A stretch of DNA of 64,000 bases. Source: Planctomycetaceae bacterium. Lineage in GTDB: Bacteria > Planctomycetota > Planctomycetia > Planctomycetales > Planctomycetaceae. The DNA lies in the NCBI GenBank assembly GCA_041940305.1, contig JBGTSJ010000007.1, positions 1 to 64,000 of the forward strand, given 5' to 3'. The first letter of the stretch is position 1. Each line of letters begins with the position of its first letter. The notes beneath the pieces were generated by a model. That model did not search any database. It worked only from the letters and a program-made list of their open reading frames with translations, and was not told where the DNA came from. This document shows, piece after piece, positions 57,510 to 64,000 of this stretch. A program made the position numbers and the translations under genes.

Positions 57510-59426
57510 ATGTCCTGGTTGCCTGGGTTTTCGGCGTTGTGGGGGGCGTGGCTGTTTTTGCTGCTGATCCCGCTGCTGATTTTTTACTTTCTGAAGCTGA
57601 AGCGGCCGCGGCTGGAGATTGCTTCGCTGGCGCTGTGGCGGCAGGTGATCAGCGATCAGCGGGTGAATTCGCCGTTCCAGAAGTTCAAGAGGAACCTGCT
57701 GCTGCTGCTGCAGATCATCATCCTCACGCTCATCGCGCTGGCGGCGATGCAGCCGTTCATCCGGGGGGAAGCGGCGCGGTCGGAGTATCTGCCGATCCTG
57801 ATCGACACTTCCGCGAGCATGGCGGCGATCGACGAGGAGACCGGCCAATCGCGGCTGGACCTCGCCAAGGAAGAAGTCCGCGAGATTATCGAGGGGATGC
57901 TTCCCGGCCAGCAGATCACGCTGATCGCGGTGGGCTCCACGGTCCGGCGTCCGACGGAGTTCACGGACAACAAGCCGCTGCTGCTGTCGGCCCTCGACGG
58001 CATCGAGGCGTCGGACGTGCCGAGCCGGTTCGAGGACGGGCTGCAGGTGGCACAGGCGCTCACGCGGACGTTCGCGATCGACAAGGTGCGGCTGTATTCG
58101 GACGGGAACCTGCCGACGCGTCCGACCCCCACCGGTCAGCACGTGGCGGCGGTGGACTTCGACCTTTCGTACCAGCTCGAGTTCTTCCAGCTGCCGCCGG
58201 CGGGGCGGAATATGGGGATCACGGCGCTCAATGCCCGGCGGCGGTCGGTGGATGAATGGCAGATCTTCGTGCGGGTCGAGGCGGCGGAGGCGGCGTCCGT
58301 GACGGGGCAGGTCGAGCTGCTGCTGAACGGGCAGCCGCTGGGTGCACCGGAACCGGTCGTGCTCGACCCATCGGAGTCACAGCGGCTGGAGTTCGCCGTG
58401 AGTGCGCGGGAGGCGGCCTTCCTGGAAGCGCGGCTGAAGGTGGACGGCCACGATTCGCTCGAGTCGGACAACGTCGCGTTTCTGGAGCTGCCGGTCGGTC
58501 GCGAACTACTGGTGTACTGCGCGACGAGCCTGGCGACGTACCGGCATTCGCTGTCGGGGCTGGAAGGGCTGATCATGGAACCGAGCCCGCAGGGGGAGGA
58601 AAGCCTGTCTTCGTACGATCTGGTCATTACGGACACGCTGGACGATCTGTCGAAGGACTCGACGACCTACTTCTTCGTGGGGGTCATTCCGGCTGATTTA
58701 AGAGAATTGATCACCGTGCAGACCGATCTGGCCGAAGTGGTGGACTGGAAGCGCGACGCACCGTTGCTGCAGCACGTGCAGCTCAAGGAAGTGCAGATCT
58801 CCGATCTGCCGAAGCGGCAACCGGACGTGGAAGACGGAGACTTTGAGGAACTCGGTTACGAACTGCTGGCGTTCGGCAACGAGGGGCCGTTGATTGTCCG
58901 AAAACGGGACGGCCGCAAGCTGCTGTATTACTTCCTGTTCCACACGGACCGGTCCACCCTGCCCTATCGCGTCGGCTTTCCGATCCTGGTCCAGAACGTG
59001 GTGAACGAGGCGCTGCAGCAGGCATCGCTGTCGGAACTGAGCGCGATGACGACCGGGATCCTGCCCCCGCTGCGTGTCGAGGGAAACTCCACTTACCGCG
59101 TGACGACGCCCAGCGGCGAGTCGATCGAGGCCACGACGGGGGAGAACGGCCTGCTGGAGGGGATCCCGGCGGGCAAAGTCGGCGAATACGAAGTGCGGCA
59201 GGGAGGGAATGTGGTCCGGCGATTCGGCGTCGGGCTCCTCAATTCGACCGAGTCGTCGCTGGTGGGGGTGGACGAAATTCAGTTCCGCGAGATCAAGGTG
59301 GCCGCCGAGGAGGAACGGCTCAAAACCGACAAGCCGCTGTGGACGACGCTGGCCATCGTGGCGTTCAGCGTGTTGATGATCGAGTGGTGGTATTTTCAGA
59401 AGAAACCCGCCGGGATGCCGAACTGA
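57510..59426 (+). CDS. BatA-like protein: N-terminal double-TM anchor plus a vWA domain
   Basis: MSWLPGFSALWGAWLFLLLIPLLIFYFLKLKRP...LLLLLQIIILTLIALAAMQPF (two TM helices). vWA motif LPILIDTSASMAA. A C-terminal TM helix. An upstream TTG at 57465 is the alternative start. Confidence 0.78.
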   Translation: MSWLPGFSALWGAWLFLLLIPLLIFYFLKLKRPRLEIASLALWRQVISDQRVNSPFQKFKRNLLLLLQIIILTLIALAAMQPFIRGEAARSEYLPILIDTSASMAAIDEETGQSRLDLAKEEVREIIEGMLPGQQITLIAVGSTVRRPTEFTDNKPLLLSALDGIEASDVPSRFEDGLQVAQALTRTFAIDKVRLYSDGNLPTRPTPTGQHVAAVDFDLSYQLEFFQLPPAGRNMGITALNARRRSVDEWQIFVRVEAAEAASVTGQVELLLNGQPLGAPEPVVLDPSESQRLEFAVSAREAAFLEARLKVDGHDSLESDNVAFLELPVGRELLVYCATSLATYRHSLSGLEGLIMEPSPQGEESLSSYDLVITDTLDDLSKDSTTYFFVGVIPADLRELITVQTDLAEVVDWKRDAPLLQHVQLKEVQISDLPKRQPDVEDGDFEELGYELLAFGNEGPLIVRKRDGRKLLYYFLFHTDRSTLPYRVGFPILVQNVVNEALQQASLSELSAMTTGILPPLRVEGNSTYRVTTPSGESIEATTGENGLLEGIPAGKVGEYEVRQGGNVVRRFGVGLLNSTESSLVGVDEIQFREIKVAAEEERLKTDKPLWTTLAIVAFSVLMIEWWYFQKKPAGMPN

Positions 59427-59446
59427 GGCGTAGGTCAGGGAAACAA

Positions 59447-59586
59447 GGCCGCGGATGACGCGGATCCGGCTGGTCTTCGCGGAGAACAAGAACGTCATGG
59501 ACCAGCGGTAATCGGCCGGCCACAAATCTCACCCCTGTCTGGATTCTGATCCGCGGAAATCCGCCTGATCCGCGTCATCCGCGGCC
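59447..59586. repeat. Family-1 palindromic element, copy H, 140 bp
   Basis: GGCCGCGGATGACGCGGATCCGGCTGGTCTTCGCGGAGAAC...GATTCTGATCCGCGGAAATCCGCCTGATCCGCGTCATCCGCGGCC. It lies between the batA-like stop and the next gene. Confidence 0.9.
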
Positions 59587-59618
59587 TCCTTTCACGTCGT
59601 TCGCAATCACCCCTTCCT

Positions 59619-61757
59619 ATGCCTGCCGCAGCCGACATTCCGATCCGGTCATTGAGACTGGCAGTCGTCGTCCTCGCCTGTGCTGCGTCGGCGAGATCGC
59701 TCCCTGCTCAGACCAGGTTCCCTCTCAAGATCGAGATCGAACAGTCCTCGCATGTCAGCCGCACGTGCGGTCCGGTCCGGCTGGATCTGAAGTTCACCTG
59801 GGGCGGTGCGGGCATTCTCGACGGGCAATTGCTGTTCGAACTGCGCGACCCGATGGGAGAACAGCTGGGGGTGTTCCGGATCGACGATCTGTACCTGACG
59901 CCGGGTGAACAGCGGCAGGAGGTGATGCTGCCGGGGTTCCGCATCCACGGACAGAATCAGGCGCTCGCGCTACTGCCGGTGATTCTTGACGACGAAGGAG
60001 ACCGGCTGGCCACCCTGCCGCTCCTCGATCTGCGAATTCCGGGGGCCGAACAGCGCAGCCTGGTGGTGGCGGTGTTTCGTCCCGAGTTCGCGCTCGGCCG
60101 CCGCGCCGAAAGCGATCTGATCGACGCGATGAAGCTGGAGAATCTCGCTCCCGACTATGAGACGGGACGCCCCTGGGCGCCGGTCATCACGCGGTCCGTG
60201 TCACTTCCGGCCGAAGACGCGCCGCAGGAGCCGCTGCGCTACTGCACCTACGACGTCGTGCTGCTCCCGGGGGACGGACTCGCGACGCTGAGCGAGCACC
60301 AGTTGGGGGCGCTGCTGTCCTGGATCGACGCGGGCGGCGCCCTGTTCGTCCTTGTGGACGATGCGTCCCTCAAGGGTCATCACGCCGACTTCCTGAATCA
60401 GGTCGCCGGAGCCGACGAAGACGCCCCGCAGTTCCTGCTCGACACCGAGCGCCGCTTGATCTATGGAGCGGCCGAGGTCCCCTCCGTTCCGCTCACGTAT
60501 CGCCGGGGGCTGGGGCGGGCCGTCGTGATCGGCTGGAATCCGGATCTGACTGACTTTGATGCCGCCCATTGGCCGCTGACGACCGCCTTCCTCTGGAAAC
60601 TGCGGCACGACCACGTGAACTCTGTCGCCGCGACCGGATTGTGGGATCGCCAGGTGACGTTGGACAACGTGCGGCGGCTGTTTCAGCAGGGAGGTTACAA
60701 TAACTACGGAGATATCGAGGAAGCCGCCCGGATGCAGGCCAGCGACCTGACCCCGGTCCCGATCACCGGCGGCACCGGCCTCCTGACGCATCTGATGCCT
60801 CAAGGGATGAAGGTCGTCCCCATCTGGATGATCGGCTCGATCCTGATCGCGTATGTGCTGCTCATCGGCCCGGCCGACTATCTGATCCTCGGCAGGCTCG
60901 GCTTGCGGCGCTGGACGTGGGTGACATTCCCGTTCATCACATTTGGCTTTACGGCGTTCAGCGTGCTGATCTCCAATCGCTACATGCAGACGGTCGATCA
61001 CCGCAGCGGCGTGATCGTGCGGGACGTGGTCGACGCGGGGCGGATTGCCCGTGAGAGCCGGTTCGATTTGCTGTTCCCCAGCACGTCCCGGCACATCGAC
61101 ACCGACGTCGGCCGCGGCCTGTTCATGCCGCTCAGGCACCAGGACTTCGGGCAGGTGCAGTACTGGATGTACGGCCCGTATGGTTACAACATGTGGCAGG
61201 AGCAGCGGAGCGGCCCGGCCTCATTCTCCGGCCGCATGCCGAACCGCTGCATCGTCGGACAGGCGGTGCCGCAGTGGACGCCGCAGCTGAACCGGCTGTT
61301 TACAATCCCGCTGATGGCCGCCGCCGCCGAACCGGCCGGCAGCTTCGACTGGAACGACGTGCCCGCATTCGGCACACCGGGGGCCGAGGCGGCGATCGTG
61401 CAGCGCGTACAGCAGACGTTCGGCTCCGGGGCGTCGGTCTATCTGTATCACGAACGCGAGGCCAAAGCGCTGCGGGGCGACCAGCTCCTGTTTCGGGATG
61501 CTCAGTCCGGATGGAACCAGATCTACGTCAACGGTCAGTACATCCAGCATCAGTCCGATTTCCTCCGCGAACTGTGCGTCCGCGACCAGACGGGCTTCTT
61601 CGGGATCGTCTCGCAGTACGCGCCGACCGGAGGAGACCGCCTCGAAGACATGGCCATGCTTGATTTGTCCGACCCGCGGCAGTGGCTGCTGGTCGTCGCC
61701 GTCCCCGAAGATGACTCACTCGTAATCTACCGCCGGCTCTATGTCCTCAATGATTGA
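59619..61757 (+). CDS. Hypothetical exported/membrane protein of 712 aa
   Basis: Signal peptide MPAAADIPIRSLRLAVVVLACAASARSLPAQ. An internal pair of TM helices near aa 390-450. No catalytic motif was recognised. Confidence 0.55.
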   Translation: MPAAADIPIRSLRLAVVVLACAASARSLPAQTRFPLKIEIEQSSHVSRTCGPVRLDLKFTWGGAGILDGQLLFELRDPMGEQLGVFRIDDLYLTPGEQRQEVMLPGFRIHGQNQALALLPVILDDEGDRLATLPLLDLRIPGAEQRSLVVAVFRPEFALGRRAESDLIDAMKLENLAPDYETGRPWAPVITRSVSLPAEDAPQEPLRYCTYDVVLLPGDGLATLSEHQLGALLSWIDAGGALFVLVDDASLKGHHADFLNQVAGADEDAPQFLLDTERRLIYGAAEVPSVPLTYRRGLGRAVVIGWNPDLTDFDAAHWPLTTAFLWKLRHDHVNSVAATGLWDRQVTLDNVRRLFQQGGYNNYGDIEEAARMQASDLTPVPITGGTGLLTHLMPQGMKVVPIWMIGSILIAYVLLIGPADYLILGRLGLRRWTWVTFPFITFGFTAFSVLISNRYMQTVDHRSGVIVRDVVDAGRIARESRFDLLFPSTSRHIDTDVGRGLFMPLRHQDFGQVQYWMYGPYGYNMWQEQRSGPASFSGRMPNRCIVGQAVPQWTPQLNRLFTIPLMAAAAEPAGSFDWNDVPAFGTPGAEAAIVQRVQQTFGSGASVYLYHEREAKALRGDQLLFRDAQSGWNQIYVNGQYIQHQSDFLRELCVRDQTGFFGIVSQYAPTGGDRLEDMAMLDLSDPRQWLLVVAVPEDDSLVIYRRLYVLND

Positions 61758-62733
61758 CGCATCCACCGCACCGCCGCCGACATCGACCACCGCTCCGCCG
61801 CGGGATGTGGTCGCCGTACAGGACCTGTGGGTCCGCTACGGCAAACTGGACGCGGTCAAGGGGATCTCGTTCAACATTCCCCGCGGCGAGGTGTTCGGCT
61901 TTATCGGTCCCAACGGAGCGGGCAAGTCGTCGACGATCCGCGTGCTCGCCACGCTGCAGACGAAATTCGAGGGGACGGCGTCGGTCAATGGGGTCCGCGT
62001 CGATGAGGACCCCGATCGCGTCCGCGAGATGATGGGCTACATGCCGGACTTCTTCGGCGTCTACGAAGACCTCACCGCCCGCGAGTACCTGCACTTCTTC
62101 GCCGCGGCGTACCACATCCCGCGGAAGCAGCGGAACGCCGTGGTGGACGACGTGCTGCAACTGACCGACCTGACCCACAAGATCGACTCCCCGGTCGATT
62201 CGCTGTCGCGCGGCATGAAGCAGCGGCTGGCGCTGGCCCGCGTGCTGCTGCACGATCCCGATCTGCTGCTGCTCGACGAGCCGGCGTCCGGTCTCGATCC
62301 CCGCGCCCGCATCGAAGTCCGTGAACTGCTCAAGGCGCTGCGCGAGATGGGGAAAACGATCCTGATTTCCAGCCACATCCTGCATGAACTGGCCCAGCTC
62401 TGCACGCGGATCGGCATTATCGAAGCGGGACAGATCGTGGCCGAAGGATCACTGGACGACATCTTCCGGCAGCTGTCGCTCCGCCGGGTGATCCACGTCC
62501 AGTTGGCCGGCTCATTCAACGGGCTCGTCGAGGACCTGCGGCGCATCCCCGGAGTGGACTCGATTGACCAGCAGACCGACCGGCTCGCGATCCGGCTGCG
62601 GGAGGATGAACTGCCTATCGAAGACCTGCACGCCGAAATGGTGCGACTGGGGGCCCGGATCCGCATGTTCCAGCCCGAAGCCATGGACATGGAGACGGCG
62701 TTTATGAAGCTGACCGAGGGAGTGACGGCATGA
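61741..62733 (+). CDS. ABC transporter ATP-binding protein (ABC-2 type)
   Basis: Walker A GFIGPNGAGKSSTI. Q-loop, signature LSRGMKQRLALARVL, Walker B LLLLDEPASGLD, H-loop SSHIL. Confidence 0.9.
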   Translation: MSSMIDASTAPPPTSTTAPPRDVVAVQDLWVRYGKLDAVKGISFNIPRGEVFGFIGPNGAGKSSTIRVLATLQTKFEGTASVNGVRVDEDPDRVREMMGYMPDFFGVYEDLTAREYLHFFAAAYHIPRKQRNAVVDDVLQLTDLTHKIDSPVDSLSRGMKQRLALARVLLHDPDLLLLDEPASGLDPRARIEVRELLKALREMGKTILISSHILHELAQLCTRIGIIEAGQIVAEGSLDDIFRQLSLRRVIHVQLAGSFNGLVEDLRRIPGVDSIDQQTDRLAIRLREDELPIEDLHAEMVRLGARIRMFQPEAMDMETAFMKLTEGVTA

Positions 62734-62963
62734 AAGAGAACATGCGTGAAGTGGCTCAACACAGAGTCACTGAGGGAGCACGGAGGCCGCACGGAGATTG
62801 AAGTGCAGACTGATTCATTGAAGTGCGAACGTCTTGCTGAGCACGAGATCCGGGACACGAAGCGTACTGCAGGTTTTCCGGCAGTCTCAACTGAATGTGG
62901 CTGCGCCTTGCGGATCGTCTCTGTGCGGCCGCTGAGCCAACTCTGTGACTCCGTGTTAAACCC

Positions 62964-64000
62964 ATGAACCGTTTTCGCGTCAAATCCTGGAACTTGCCGC
63001 TGCTCGTCAAGGAACTGGCGGAGCAGTCCTCGCGCAAGCGGACCTACGTGATCCGCACGCTGTATGCGGTGCTGCTGTTCGCGTTCGCCACGCTCATCTT
63101 CTGGGGGAGCGTCTACCGGGAGATCAACAGCCCTTTCGATGTGCTGGGGCGCGGGCGCGAGATGTTCATGGCTGTTCTGTCGCTGCAGTTCGGCGGCGTG
63201 TACCTGTTCATGCCGGCCATCACCTGCGGCGTGATCACGTCGGAGAAGGAGCGGAACACGATTGGTCTGCTGCTGCTGACCAAGCTGGGCCCGACCACGA
63301 TCCTGCTGGAGAAACTGCTGGGCAGGCTGGTGCCGATGGGGACGTTCCTGCTGCTCTCTCTGCCGCTGCTGGGGTTCTCGTACGCGCTGGGGGGCATCAC
63401 TCAAAGCGAGCTGTGGATCGGCATCTGGGCGCTGGGCATCACCGTGCTGCAGGTGGGGACGCTGGCGCTCCTCTGTTCGGCGTTCTTCCGCACCACCGTG
63501 CAGGCCTTCATTGCCACGTACATCTTCGGATTCCTGATGTACTTTGGCCCGATGATGCTGGGAGAGATGTCGTACACGGTCTCGCAGATCTACGAAGTCT
63601 GGGCCGGGATGTACAACGGGATCGCCAACGCCTTCGCCCGGCTGGCCTTCGACGGGCGGCTTTCCCTGTTTTTCGTTTCGACGGGGTCGTCCACTTTTGA
63701 ACCGCTCGACCTGCGGCAATACGATTTTCCGGGCCTGTTCTTCACGCCTGTGATGCTGGTGGATCGCTGGAACATGGCGGCCTGGCAGGTGATTCCCCGC
63801 AGTCTACCGACGCTGGTCTCCGTCGCCGTGTTCTTTGGTCTGGCGCGGGTGTTCGTGGTTCGCCGGGCGTTTGTCCCGTCGCGGAACCTGCTGCTCAAGG
63901 TGTTCCACCGGCTGGACGGTCTGTTCCAGCGGCTGAACCAGAACCGCGTCACCAAGGGCATCATCCTGATCAACGAGTCGGCCACGCTCCCCGCGGGCGA
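62964..64000 (+). CDS. ABC-2 family transporter permease; the 3' end runs off the window
   Basis: From ATG 62964 it reads MNRFRVKSWNLPLLVKELAEQSSRKRTYVIRTLYAVLLFAFATLIF..., with multiple TM helices. There is no stop in the window, so it is absent from the ORF track. Confidence 0.7.
   Translation, partial: MNRFRVKSWNLPLLVKELAEQSSRKRTYVIRTLYAVLLFAFATLIFWGSVYREINSPFDVLGRGREMFMAVLSLQFGGVYLFMPAITCGVITSEKERNTIGLLLLTKLGPTTILLEKLLGRLVPMGTFLLLSLPLLGFSYALGGITQSELWIGIWALGITVLQVGTLALLCSAFFRTTVQAFIATYIFGFLMYFGPMMLGEMSYTVSQIYEVWAGMYNGIANAFARLAFDGRLSLFFVSTGSSTFEPLDLRQYDFPGLFFTPVMLVDRWNMAAWQVIPRSLPTLVSVAVFFGLARVFVVRRAFVPSRNLLLKVFHRLDGLFQRLNQNRVTKGIILINESATLPAG

Overview
This 64-kb window is a high-GC (about 65-70%) chromosomal segment with weak or absent Shine-Dalgarno signals. 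Its protein content points to Planctomycetota: a Pirellula/Verrucomicrobium-type CxxCH membrane-bound dehydrogenase, a MoxR-DUF58-BatA cluster and a Rieske/cytochrome b-c fusion complex. I call about 47 protein-coding genes, all on protein-motif evidence only because no database search was possible. They include a truncated Ser/Thr kinase, a Rieske plus cytochrome b/c operon, nrnA, a YqiJ/NfeD-like plus flotillin pair followed by an 1878-aa protein with a single MoxR-like AAA+ module, a GGDEF cyclase, scpB, a sulfotransferase, a ParE/RelE toxin-antitoxin pair, trpE, eno, a TetR regulator with an esterase, two paralogous membrane-anchored dynamin-like GTPases, an ABM / B12-binding / PAS histidine-kinase operon, a homocysteine S-methyltransferase, an Fe3+-type ABC importer, vWA / MoxR / DUF58 / BatA genes and an ABC-2 transporter. 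No rRNA, tRNA, CRISPR array, integrase or transposase was seen. The most unusual property is the density of small palindromic repeat families. Family 1 (GGCCGCGGATGACGCGGAT...ATCCGCGTCATCCGCGGCC) has 9 intergenic copies, two of which bracket GxxExxY (PD-(D/E)XK-like) gene cassettes. Family 2 (CCCCTCACCCCCGGCCCCTCTCC...GGGGAGAGGGG) and family 3 are each inserted in-frame inside protein-coding genes, in the manner of Rickettsia palindromic elements. Family 4 is a CU-rich motif built from three 9-mers that sits in 5' leaders. There are also heptamer microsatellites upstream of two genes. The best candidate for a new system is the operon-like YqiJ-like, flotillin, giant AAA+ ATPase arrangement that has been split by a repeat-bounded cassette.
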